IMG/VR virus record: IMGVR_UViG_3300031251_000003 | Span: 1-64,000 of that record | Direction: 5' to 3' (one strand) | Source: a virus | Length of the DNA: 64,000 bases | Part shown: positions 46,633-56,242 of the stretch, one piece after another | Layout of the letters: every line of letters begins with the position of its first letter | How positions within the stretch are numbered: position 1 is the first letter of the stretch | Notes under the pieces: generated by a model | What the model was told of the DNA's origin: nothing | Databases searched by the model: none | Seen by the model: the letters and a program-made list of their open reading frames with translations, nothing else | Translations under genes and position numbers: made by a program

Positions 46633-49614
46633 ATGGATCTAAAGTTCGTGTGGGCCGATGGAAAGCTAGGGTTTGGTAGTGCATACAGCAAGGTTCACCA
46701 TAAAGACATTCTTCAGCAGATGATCGACAATGGACAGGTTCAATTTCCTGTCCAAAACTACGTTGCAGGCCAGTTCATCCAGGACGATTTTCATGGGCCA
46801 CAATTAGATCAGATCCGCATAGTATGGCAGGGTGGTAAGCATCCTACAACAGGAGAGCTACGTTATCAGATTCAACAAGAGTTGAATCGAACTAGCCGGT
46901 TGTCCATGTACTCTAAGGTATCTTACACTTCAGAGTTAGAGAAGTGGGTTTACGTTCGTGGTTATGGTGGAAATGTGTGGGAAGATTTGGAGTTTAGCCA
47001 GAGCGCACAAGACGACTGGTATAGAGAGAATTGGGCAGAGGATGAAGAAGATCCTCCTGATTACAGTGACGCCCTTGTGTCCCATCTTGAAACGCTTGGT
47101 TCACTTGTAGGTTTAAATTTGGATTACAAAAAGCCAGAAGATTGGCAGAAGTTAAAGGCCATGTTAGCAACTACTCCTTATGCGATGGGGTTATATGATT
47201 CGTATAAAAAGGTATTCAGTGGTGACTACTTTAATGGATGTACTCCACAAGAGGTTAACGAAGAATTGTTCTATGACGAAGCAACACCCGAAGGTGGCGA
47301 CCTAAGAGATTCTTATGGGAAGGTGGGTGCTGATGTAGAAGATACCGAACCCGCTGGCGTCAATGTAGGATTCTTACACGATCCTCACAAGGAACTCTAT
47401 CCTAATCTATTTCGTGGTGGAAAGGTGATCCCCAAGGATGTCCGTGATATCCTAAAGAACCATGTATTAGAGCCACTTTCACAGGAATTCGATAACCCGG
47501 ATAGCTTCATCTACTTTACCATCTATGGTTCAGGGATCTCGTACAATTGGGATGAGAGTGGAGACTTGGATCTTCAGTTATGGGTTGACCTTGAGAAATA
47601 TAGCGCGACTGCTAACGATCCTCTCCCGGTCGATGATCTCTTAGCAGATATCCGCCGCATCGTTCAAATGGTCAACTTCCCATCCTTCAATGAACTAGGA
47701 TTGACCGATACAGGAACGGCTACTGAGGATACAACGGGAGTAATGTTGATCCAATACTATCCGAAGCCCGGTAAAGGAACCAAAGAAGAGAACCTAGCCT
47801 CACAACCGTACGCTTGTTACGATCTAGAGACAGACAAGTGGCTCGTGAAGCCAAAGCCCATTAGACCTAAGTTCTATGGCGAAAACTTCCTACTCCTAAT
47901 GCCCAAGGCTAAAGATATCGCTCTACAGACCGAGGCACTTCTAGGAGAGTACCAGCGTAATATCCTTAACTGGCAGTTTTGGTACGCGATGTGGTCGAGG
48001 TACAAGAAGAAGGAATACAAGGATCAGTACAAAGAGGCCATGGATGATGCCACGCAAGAGAAGGAAGGGATCAAAGTTCTTTTCCAGGGTGTCTTCGGTG
48101 GACGTGCTGAAGCATATTCTCCTGAAGGTCAGGGGATCATGGACGAACGTGATATGCTACAGAAGCTTTTAGAAGTCTGGGGAATCTTCCAGGATCTTAA
48201 GCATTTCGCTCGTGCTCCGTTGCCTTGGGAAGAGCAAGATATGCCGTTACCTACATCCTCAGTCAATTTGCAATTGATCCCCGGTGGTGGAGATTCAGAC
48301 CGGCCCAGATTCAAGAAAGACGACCAAGTTACTGGTGCTCCTGGGTCTGATCGAGAAGGTATTCGAGGCTACATCATCTATGGCCCTGACGAGGATGGGA
48401 GTTATGGAGTCCAATGGTATCCTATAGATTCAGATATGGAGTTACGTAGAGATAACGAATTGATACCTTACGGTTATACAGGGCCAAGGAGAATGGCCGC
48501 TACTCATGAGGATATCCTCTATCACGGCGGCGGTACCTTCTATGGAGTCTTCGACCCTGATCTCAAACCTTCCACGAAGGATCATGGATATTGGGTTTCA
48601 GTACAGGGCCAAGAGTACATCATTCCCAAGGATGATCTCAATATGGATGTCGTTCTCAACTATGCTGATCATGCTATTACAGAAGTTGGAGAATACATCG
48701 GGGCCTGGATTGATCAGGCTAAAGTATACCTGGACGTAACGAAATGGTTCCCTGATTTACAGGAAGCAATACAGTTTGGGGAACAGAACCATCAGCTAGC
48801 CATCTGGGATATTGCTAACCAAACAGAGATTCCTTTGGCCACAACACCACGCACAGCGGCGTTACGCAAGCTTGCGGTATGGTCTGACATCATGGAAAAG
48901 GCTAAGAGACTCCGAGATACCGGTAAAGTACAGATTACTAACAACCTTTCCAACCATGTTGTAGGTCAGGTCGAAGGAGATCATGGAACCTACAACACAG
49001 AGATATGGCGAGATGATCCTAATAGTGGTACCATTAGTCTGTGGAATTGTGATTGTCCATGGAGTCAATACTCTTGGGGTAGAACGAGACAATGGAAGAA
49101 GTACGAAGGTAGACCTTGCGCTCACACTCTAGCCCTTTATTGGACAGCGTTGGCGACACCAGTTGCCGATGAGAACCAGCAGACTCTTCCTGGAACCACA
49201 GCACCAGGGCAGTCACCGCAACAGCCCAGCCCATTGGATCTTCCAAATGCTCTTCAACAGACCATTCCTCCACAGATGCCTCAATCCCAGCCTGTGGTTC
49301 CGAGCAAGGAGAACGAACAGCTAACTATTTCATTCCCCGGTGCTCTATCGAAGTGGAGAAAGGAAGGTGCATTTATGAACGGAGATATCGTTAGGGTCAA
49401 CCAGAAAGTTGAAGGTTGGGATGATCGAGAAACGATGCATTCTATTCAAAGGAACACCATTGGTGAAGTTATCTGGTCTGACGATGAGGAAACAATTTGT
49501 ATCTTCTCACTCAATTCTGGGATGCTTGGGCCACATAATGTACGAGTCACAGCACCAACTTCGGCATTTACTCTGATGCCCCGAACTAGAGGGGTTGCAC
49601 CACGGAGACAATAG
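46633..49614 (+). CDS. multidomain protein: His-module(s), Pol-beta nucleotidyltransferase, SH3-like, SAM-lyase-like (tentative), SWIM zinc finger, SH3-like
   Basis: IYGSGISYNWDESGDLDL; GYWVSV...YIGAWID...YLDV...QLAIWD; CDC...CAH SWIM; domains separated by KVS/KVG/RMA/RTA/KLA. Confidence 0.8.
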   Translation: MDLKFVWADGKLGFGSAYSKVHHKDILQQMIDNGQVQFPVQNYVAGQFIQDDFHGPQLDQIRIVWQGGKHPTTGELRYQIQQELNRTSRLSMYSKVSYTSELEKWVYVRGYGGNVWEDLEFSQSAQDDWYRENWAEDEEDPPDYSDALVSHLETLGSLVGLNLDYKKPEDWQKLKAMLATTPYAMGLYDSYKKVFSGDYFNGCTPQEVNEELFYDEATPEGGDLRDSYGKVGADVEDTEPAGVNVGFLHDPHKELYPNLFRGGKVIPKDVRDILKNHVLEPLSQEFDNPDSFIYFTIYGSGISYNWDESGDLDLQLWVDLEKYSATANDPLPVDDLLADIRRIVQMVNFPSFNELGLTDTGTATEDTTGVMLIQYYPKPGKGTKEENLASQPYACYDLETDKWLVKPKPIRPKFYGENFLLLMPKAKDIALQTEALLGEYQRNILNWQFWYAMWSRYKKKEYKDQYKEAMDDATQEKEGIKVLFQGVFGGRAEAYSPEGQGIMDERDMLQKLLEVWGIFQDLKHFARAPLPWEEQDMPLPTSSVNLQLIPGGGDSDRPRFKKDDQVTGAPGSDREGIRGYIIYGPDEDGSYGVQWYPIDSDMELRRDNELIPYGYTGPRRMAATHEDILYHGGGTFYGVFDPDLKPSTKDHGYWVSVQGQEYIIPKDDLNMDVVLNYADHAITEVGEYIGAWIDQAKVYLDVTKWFPDLQEAIQFGEQNHQLAIWDIANQTEIPLATTPRTAALRKLAVWSDIMEKAKRLRDTGKVQITNNLSNHVVGQVEGDHGTYNTEIWRDDPNSGTISLWNCDCPWSQYSWGRTRQWKKYEGRPCAHTLALYWTALATPVADENQQTLPGTTAPGQSPQQPSPLDLPNALQQTIPPQMPQSQPVVPSKENEQLTISFPGALSKWRKEGAFMNGDIVRVNQKVEGWDDRETMHSIQRNTIGEVIWSDDEETICIFSLNSGMLGPHNVRVTAPTSAFTLMPRTRGVAPRRQ

Positions 49615-49866
49615 ATGAAGAAGCAGCACAAGGAGTCTAAATGGTGGAGAGCTTGTCCATCTTGTCATCAATTAGTCTATACAACAGGGTTTGGAATAGG
49701 GAACCATGCTTGTCCTCCCAAGGCTGTAGCGAAGCGAGATGCTGAGCTAGATATGGTTGTTGAGGAAGAACTCTCCACTTGGAATGCTGACCTAGAAAGG
49801 TTTTGGAATTCTTCGGATGTAAAATTTATGGAATATATAATTCAGGAAAAGAAAGATGGCAATTAA
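49615..49866 (+). CDS. hypothetical protein (CxxC...HxC)
   Basis: Adjacent start. Confidence 0.6.
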   Translation: MKKQHKESKWWRACPSCHQLVYTTGFGIGNHACPPKAVAKRDAELDMVVEEELSTWNADLERFWNSSDVKFMEYIIQEKKDGN

Positions 49867-52096
49867 TCTTCCCGACTTCGGTGGGGCACAGCAGTATGAT
49901 CTCATGGCCGCTCATATCATGGAAACCTTCCCTGAATCCGAGTGGCCATTGTGGGTTAAGAACCGTTCTCGTGCCAAGCAATCAGAGCCATTAGACCAGG
50001 GAACCACCCCGTTTCAACCTGAATGGTTGACCAACGAAGGTAAGTGGAAGATTGCGGCAATGAATCTGGGTATCCCAGCCGACTACACGCCTGCTGATCC
50101 TTATGATATCCACGGTAAGATGCCGTTGATCAATGCTATGGAAGTCAAGTGGTGGGAGATGCCACCCGATCAGGCCAAGCAGGTTATTGTCAATGCGTTC
50201 CGAGCCACGATGTTGAGTCCTCGAATGAACCTCAAGAGTAACGCGATCCTGTATCAGTCTCTCATGGATATCCCAGCAGACGAATCTGACCCAACTGTAT
50301 TTGAAAATCGTATTAGAGATCTAAAGGCTAAGTGGGATACGCAGGGTCAGATGGAACTTGGTCAGCAGCCCGATACTGTAATAGATCCTAATGAGATTTT
50401 ACCCGGCAAATTAATGCCTGGGTTCTGGGGTAACCTACGAAGGCTAGCAGGGCTAGGGCCGTTTGTCAATGATCTCTATCGTGCTGCTATGGATGACATA
50501 GAACACGGCGGCAAGGGTCAGATCTTCCGCAACGAGATTCTACACTTAGATATTCCCGGTGTTCAGTCCAAGGTTGCGTCTTTCGCTTGGTTGGCGTTAT
50601 CGCCAAACACGTCCGAATTAGCAACTCTTGATGTTCACATGATGCGTCATCTCAATGAGGCAGACGAGTCACCCAAGAACGCTAAGCATTATCTTGATCT
50701 AGAGGATCGACTAAGGAATGAACGGGATGAAATCTACGGAACAGAGGTTCCGCTCAGTCATTATCAGTGGGGAGTCTGGGATTCACGACGTACACCGGGA
50801 TACCATCAGGATCATACGCCGCTCAGAGCTTACCAACCTACACCATTCACAGATATAGCGTGGCCTAATACATATAGGCCACCAAGACCACAGAGGTTAG
50901 AAGAGATGCACCCGGAACAACAGAGTTTATTAGGTAAATGGAACAAGTTGCCACGGTGGTCAATGGTCAAACTAGCAGATAGTTACTCTCTTCAGGGAGA
51001 GACTATCGCCGGATTACCTAACTTGCAGGGTCAGGGAATCGCAGTCAGACCAGACCGTCAAAGTCAAGCAGAGATTGAATCGATCATCGAAGGACTTTCG
51101 ACACACAAGGATGATCAGCTAAAGCAGAAGAAGTTGATTCCTGATTGGGCTATCAATCGTGGTGGGAAGGTTGCTATGCGTGGATATCCTGATAAACAGA
51201 CTGCATTTGAGATATTTGTGAGAGACATTCTGAATGCAGCCGGTATTACACGCTTGAATGAATCAACCAATGTCTTCATTTACAATTGGGTTCTGGAACA
51301 AACACAAGGCGTAATCCCTAAGTATCCAGGGATAGATTACAATAGTACAAGACAATATCAAAACACTGTTCAAGACTTGGCTAAGAAGTTAGAGAATACC
51401 TCATTAGCTCTTCAGAATAAGATACCCGGAAAAGATTATCGACAAGACCAAGTTGATCGATATTTCAATGGTATCGTTCCTAAGCAAGCTCTTGACAATC
51501 CTCCAACTGCTCCGAGTGGGTTCACCTTAGGGCCAGATTCTGGATTCACTTATGCGCCAGGAGTTATCTGTGTAGCTGAGTGGGTTACTACAGATTTGGC
51601 ATGGTTATTACTCAATGATGCTTGTCTTGGAATTGTCGCAGAAAAGGGTGGGGCGGCTAGTCACGCCGTTGTCGTTGCCCGTACTCGAAATATACCGGTA
51701 ATTGTCAATGTACCCGAGGCTTCCAGAATTCAGCCTGGGGATCATTTGCAAATAGATTCTGGGCGTGCTATAATAGATGTTAATGGTGGACAGGTAGGAG
51801 ATTTTGGTGAAGCCAAGCAAGCCGAACTTCCCATCATCCGATTTGTTTGGTCGAATGGCCAGGGTAAGTCAACACCAGTTCCACAAGATGACCCCGAAAG
51901 TGGGGTTCTGCATCAGCATATCATCATGGAAATGATGCAGGCAGGGCAGTTTGACAGAAACAACTTTGCTATGGGCGTAATCTACCCGGACGGAAAGGTT
52001 CAGATGACAGGCAATCCAACCGACGAACCGCAGATGGAGCAATGGCTACAGACGATTCACCCGATTCAGGGCATTCAGCACGGCTTCGAGCTATAG
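49856..52096 (+). CDS. multidomain protein: HhH DNA-glycosylase-like domain + PEP-utilizing mobile (phospho-His) domain + His-module
   Basis: IPGVQSKVASF...LATLDVHMMR (HhH Lys and catalytic Asp); GIVAEKGGAASHAVVVARTRNIPVIV...GD.LQIDSGRAII; C-terminal RFVWSNG...HQHI...MGVIYPDG. Confidence 0.8.
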   Translation: MAINLPDFGGAQQYDLMAAHIMETFPESEWPLWVKNRSRAKQSEPLDQGTTPFQPEWLTNEGKWKIAAMNLGIPADYTPADPYDIHGKMPLINAMEVKWWEMPPDQAKQVIVNAFRATMLSPRMNLKSNAILYQSLMDIPADESDPTVFENRIRDLKAKWDTQGQMELGQQPDTVIDPNEILPGKLMPGFWGNLRRLAGLGPFVNDLYRAAMDDIEHGGKGQIFRNEILHLDIPGVQSKVASFAWLALSPNTSELATLDVHMMRHLNEADESPKNAKHYLDLEDRLRNERDEIYGTEVPLSHYQWGVWDSRRTPGYHQDHTPLRAYQPTPFTDIAWPNTYRPPRPQRLEEMHPEQQSLLGKWNKLPRWSMVKLADSYSLQGETIAGLPNLQGQGIAVRPDRQSQAEIESIIEGLSTHKDDQLKQKKLIPDWAINRGGKVAMRGYPDKQTAFEIFVRDILNAAGITRLNESTNVFIYNWVLEQTQGVIPKYPGIDYNSTRQYQNTVQDLAKKLENTSLALQNKIPGKDYRQDQVDRYFNGIVPKQALDNPPTAPSGFTLGPDSGFTYAPGVICVAEWVTTDLAWLLLNDACLGIVAEKGGAASHAVVVARTRNIPVIVNVPEASRIQPGDHLQIDSGRAIIDVNGGQVGDFGEAKQAELPIIRFVWSNGQGKSTPVPQDDPESGVLHQHIIMEMMQAGQFDRNNFAMGVIYPDGKVQMTGNPTDEPQMEQWLQTIHPIQGIQHGFEL

Positions 52097-52234
52097 AGAG
52101 ACTATTAGAGAAGGAGCGAAGCGGTCTTATTACGCATCGTCCATATCCGACTCATGCCGAACGTGTTGCCAAAATTAGACTCAAGGAACAACTCGAAGTC
52201 CAAAGAAAGATTGAAGAGTTGCGTGAAGCTGAGT

Positions 52235-52426
52235 CTAAAACAGAGTAAGCTGGTTCCAGACTTCGAAGTCCTTATTGGTCGCCCAAACCTGGGTACCATC
52301 TTCGAATTCTAGAATATAGATCTCAAAATGATTCTGGGGAGGTAAGGCGAGAGTCTTCACGACATCTGCCTTTTGACCTTTCTTCCAGTCATTGTGACGA
52401 GAATCTGATAGGAACCGTACTCTCAT
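52235..52426 (-). CDS. small SH3-like protein, leaderless
   Basis: MRVRFLSD...WKKGQKADVV...YILEFEDGTQVWA; promoter directly upstream. Confidence 0.7.
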   Translation of the reverse strand: MRVRFLSDSRHNDWKKGQKADVVKTLALPPQNHFEIYILEFEDGTQVWATNKDFEVWNQLTLF

Positions 52427-52432
52427 CTCATA

Positions 52433-52461
52433 AGTGTAGCACAAATAAGTATATTCTGCAA
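52433..52461 (-). promoter_or_regulatory. sigma-A-type promoter TTGCAG-N17-TACACT, leaderless
   Basis: TG-extended -10; ATG 6 nt downstream at 52426. Confidence 0.65.
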
Positions 52462-52522
52462 GCTTCCTAGCTCTAATAAGTAGAGTACTTCAACTAGAGG
52501 TTTAACGGAGTAGGAATAACTG

Positions 52523-55045
52523 ATGACACAGTTTGCATACGGGCAGCTTGAGAGCGCCTATCTTAATGTTAAGGAAGCAGCAAATGAACCATGGAGAGGA
52601 ATCACAGCTTGGGTTCAGGGAATGCCTTATCTCATCATCGACAAGAACGGTGAGAGTTTCGTATTAGAGGGCGAAGATGGTAACACCATCGAGCTAGAAA
52701 GATTTGAGAGTTGGGAACCCGCGACTGACGAGAGTAGTCTAGTCGCAGCAAGTCGTCTTGAAGGTTCTCCGTTTACTCGTGGAGTGAAGGTCGGTACGTT
52801 CACCGTAGGAAACCTTGTTTACTTTGAAAAAGAGTGGCAGGTTCGTGTGGGCGATACTGGTTTTACATTGCCACTTGAGAGATTAGTATCCAGATATGAT
52901 CAGGCACGGTGGGACAAGAGCGCCGATCTAATGCCCGCAATGGATTATCATTGCCCTGAATGCAAATCTCAAGACGTTATCCCTGATGCGGGAATGATGG
53001 TCTGTAAAGATTGTGGTTACTCTGGCCCAGAACAAGACTTTGAAAATGAACAACCTGATTATGATCCCACATTCGATGATCGAGCATGGTACGAAGATTG
53101 GAGTGGCCCGGAAGATCACGATGGTTACACTACTTCGGTAAAGCAGGCAGACTTTGAAGACGAACATCTATCACCTTCAGTACCTACGGGTGACGGTGGA
53201 GAGAACTGGAACACATTCGAGTACAATCTCCCGCCTCATGGTATCCACTTCAGAACCCACGCAGCTATGCAGGCCGCAAACATGCAGGCTAGAGTCCATT
53301 ATCCTCCTGGGGTAACAGATCATCATCCTGAAGGATTCACTAGCACCGTTCCTGGCCCTACGGCTATGGACGATATGATGATCCCAATGGATTATACGAT
53401 GAAGCACGGTGGTAGTCCTGAGGATATCGTTGTTCAGGTCGAGACTCCTAATGATCCAGAGCAGGTAAGACAGCTTATGGATCAGGTTGGTGGCCGTAGG
53501 AGTGCTAAAACAGCGGAAGTTGAAGAACCGATGAACGATCCTACCGTCGATACCCAGAAGGGATTGAAGTGCCCGAAGTGTGGATCCCATACTTTGCGAG
53601 CTTATTCACCCGAAGGTAACGAGGCAACTATCGTATGTCTGACTTGTGGTAATGAGTTCAAGAGAGACGTTCATTTTAATCCACAGTCATCCGTACGTCA
53701 GGCAACAATGCCCGTAGATCCTAACCTACACGCTCAGATTCTAGGACTCACTCAGCAGATACAGCAGGCTTATGAGCAGGGGAATACATCCCTGGCTCAG
53801 CAGTTGAATGCACAGCTTCAGCAGTTGCTCAATAACCCCAACGCGCCTATCAATCCTAATCAGTCTGTCATGACTTCTGGATGGAAGGTTGCTAATCAGT
53901 GGATTAGAAAGCGAGGGGATCAATGGTGCATCATTCAGAAGGGCACGGGTAAGGAACTATCTTGCCACGACTCCGAAGAGAAAGCTAACGCATCCTTCCG
54001 TGCTATGGAAATGCATAAGCATATGGGCGGTGAGTTCAAACCGGGTTGCTCTTGTGGTGGTAACTGTGGTTGTGGCAAAGGTGACAAGAAAACAGCAGTA
54101 GTCGATAATAGTCAATTGACTGACACTACTGAGAGGTTCTTCCTCGAATCTATGACTTTTGAAGCGACTGGTTTAGAAGAAGGAGATCGCTCAATTTGTC
54201 CGAGATGCAATGGACAATTAGCTCTTGATCCTTCTAGTCAGACTTTGAAGTGTCAGAATTGTGGTTATAATGGTGGCCCTTCGGGACAAAGGAATATGGA
54301 TTATGGCCCATTGAATCACACACAAATTCAGAGTTGGTACGATGGTGCCGATGATCCGTATCCTCCTGGCCCGGATCAAGTGAATCTAGATGACTATCAG
54401 GCCGAAGATCCTCAGGACTTCGATGATCGCAACATCGACTTCGCTCATTGCCCTGCTTGTGATGGCCCTGGTGTATTACTAGGCCAGCTTGGTTCTAGAA
54501 TTCATTACCGATGTCGTAACTGTGGTGTAGATTTTAGCCACAACACCGAGGGTAGTGATCATCAGACTCCTGGATTCACTAACGAAGCACCAGATCAATC
54601 ACCTGGAACCACCTACATGGGTAGTTACGAGGAAGTCAAAGAGGTTAACCAGAACACTCTAAAGGCATTCAAAGACTCAAGTGGAAATCCTTTGGAAGCT
54701 GGGAGACTCTACGTGCTCCATCATCCAGAATACAAGGTTCCCGATATTGTAAAGATCCTTAATCTAGAGGACAATCGTATCGAGGCAGCCATTGCATCGG
54801 ATGAGCATGGTTCATTCCCAATTCATATTACGCATGATGATGTTTTCACCCTAGATCCTTACGAGGATAAGAAGACGAGTAGCTGGAAGATCTCCCGCAA
54901 CAACATCAGTGCTCAGGAACAGGAAGACTTGATCAAAGAGAACATGGAAGGTAAGGCTCGCAACTTTGACAAGTTGAATCTAAGCAACACTCACTACCAA
55001 GTGAAAGAAGAATCAACTGATCCTTATTTCCTCCTAGGTATTTAA
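52523..55045 (+). CDS. head-associated multidomain protein with four zinc ribbons
   Basis: CPEC/CKDC, CPKC/CLTC, CPRC/CQNC, CPAC/CRNC; IRKRGDQWCI...CHDSEEKA; C-terminal EQEDLIKE...ARNFDKLNLSNTHY; K/R-x-A linkers. Confidence 0.75.
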   Translation: MTQFAYGQLESAYLNVKEAANEPWRGITAWVQGMPYLIIDKNGESFVLEGEDGNTIELERFESWEPATDESSLVAASRLEGSPFTRGVKVGTFTVGNLVYFEKEWQVRVGDTGFTLPLERLVSRYDQARWDKSADLMPAMDYHCPECKSQDVIPDAGMMVCKDCGYSGPEQDFENEQPDYDPTFDDRAWYEDWSGPEDHDGYTTSVKQADFEDEHLSPSVPTGDGGENWNTFEYNLPPHGIHFRTHAAMQAANMQARVHYPPGVTDHHPEGFTSTVPGPTAMDDMMIPMDYTMKHGGSPEDIVVQVETPNDPEQVRQLMDQVGGRRSAKTAEVEEPMNDPTVDTQKGLKCPKCGSHTLRAYSPEGNEATIVCLTCGNEFKRDVHFNPQSSVRQATMPVDPNLHAQILGLTQQIQQAYEQGNTSLAQQLNAQLQQLLNNPNAPINPNQSVMTSGWKVANQWIRKRGDQWCIIQKGTGKELSCHDSEEKANASFRAMEMHKHMGGEFKPGCSCGGNCGCGKGDKKTAVVDNSQLTDTTERFFLESMTFEATGLEEGDRSICPRCNGQLALDPSSQTLKCQNCGYNGGPSGQRNMDYGPLNHTQIQSWYDGADDPYPPGPDQVNLDDYQAEDPQDFDDRNIDFAHCPACDGPGVLLGQLGSRIHYRCRNCGVDFSHNTEGSDHQTPGFTNEAPDQSPGTTYMGSYEEVKEVNQNTLKAFKDSSGNPLEAGRLYVLHHPEYKVPDIVKILNLEDNRIEAAIASDEHGSFPIHITHDDVFTLDPYEDKKTSSWKISRNNISAQEQEDLIKENMEGKARNFDKLNLSNTHYQVKEESTDPYFLLGI

Positions 55046-55057
55046 GAGGTTTAGTCT

Positions 55058-55627
55058 ATGCGTACCACGACTAATATCGGATTAACGGTATGGAATTTAT
55101 CCACGGATGCATTTGATCATACAATGCTTTCGGGCAATTGGGATCTTATTGATGCAATCGCCAATGCACCAGCGAATTCAATTTATCAGAGTTTAACTCT
55201 ACCAGTAAGTAGTAACTTCGTAGGGCGTATGGTTCTTCTTACTGGTGTCGATGGTGGATTTCAGCCCGGTACATTAGTCCGTTACGACGGAGCCAATTGG
55301 CAACCCGTTAATCGTATGGAAATCCAGCCTGCTATTCCTACTTTGGGAAACTTTCCAGGCCGTGTAATTATCTTATCGGCAACAAATGGTGGGTTCGCTG
55401 CTTGGTCTGTTATTAGATACGATGGAACTGCATGGAACATCGTTGGTGGATGGAATACCGTCAACACTGGTGCCGGAAGTACTAATATCAAAGGACTCAA
55501 GGTTGATAGCAGTGATGTCTATATCACAGATATCAACAGAGGATTAGTTCTATCTGATAGAACTAATGGTAACTTCTACCGCTTGTTTTTCACAGGCGGT
55601 AATCTAGTATTTGAACAGGTGACATAA
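55058..55627 (+). CDS. minor virion protein with internal GRxxxL...RYDGxxW duplication
   Basis: TTNIGL...NWDLID N-terminus typical of fibre proteins. Confidence 0.65.
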   Translation: MRTTTNIGLTVWNLSTDAFDHTMLSGNWDLIDAIANAPANSIYQSLTLPVSSNFVGRMVLLTGVDGGFQPGTLVRYDGANWQPVNRMEIQPAIPTLGNFPGRVIILSATNGGFAAWSVIRYDGTAWNIVGGWNTVNTGAGSTNIKGLKVDSSDVYITDINRGLVLSDRTNGNFYRLFFTGGNLVFEQVT

Positions 55628-56191
55628 ATGGCTACATTCATTGGGGATCCTCCCGGAACAGTTAAGCAGTTTGCAGGTTCAGTAGCCCCTACGGGCTATC
55701 TGATTTGTGATGGATCTACAGTTTCAAGAGCAACCTACGCTGCTTTGTTCACTGCTATCGGAATAGCCTATGGTGCTGGTGATGGATCAACAACCTTTGG
55801 CCTTCCAGATGGTCGTGGTCGAGTGTTAGTAGGTTTAGGTACTCATGCCGACGTGGGAACATTAGCCAATAACGAAGGTGCTTCATTAGGTGCTCGCCGC
55901 GTTAAGCACAAGCATACTAGTTCGTTCAGTGTCAATGATCCTGGACATAACCATGGTGGTGTCACGAGTGGCCCTAGTATTGGTATCCAGGAGCACAGTG
56001 TAGGTAACAACTCAACTTGGGGTGTATACTCTGGTGGGAATTGGGATCCTACACCGACATCTGCTCACACTCACACGATACCTTCTTCGGGAACATCGAT
56101 CAGTGTAACGGGGAATGTTGGGCCGCAAACTGGTAACGAACCAACCGATAGCGCAGCCTATTTGGTTATAACCCATATTATCAAAACGTAA
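55628..56191 (+). CDS. phage tail-collar domain protein
   Basis: PGTVKQFAGSVAPTGYLICDGSTVSRATYAALF..IG..YGAGDGSTTFGLPD.RGR; HxH motifs; IIKT end. Confidence 0.92.
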   Translation: MATFIGDPPGTVKQFAGSVAPTGYLICDGSTVSRATYAALFTAIGIAYGAGDGSTTFGLPDGRGRVLVGLGTHADVGTLANNEGASLGARRVKHKHTSSFSVNDPGHNHGGVTSGPSIGIQEHSVGNNSTWGVYSGGNWDPTPTSAHTHTIPSSGTSISVTGNVGPQTGNEPTDSAAYLVITHIIKT

Positions 56192-56242
56192 AACTACTAG
56201 CAAGCGCGTGATAACTCAATAAGGAATTAATAGGAGAATAAA

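Noticed and set aside
52042-52248. 68-aa plus-strand ORF overlapping the end of the 746-aa gene
   Set aside because: Possible but lacks a clear SD or motif and overlaps genes at both ends; not supportable.
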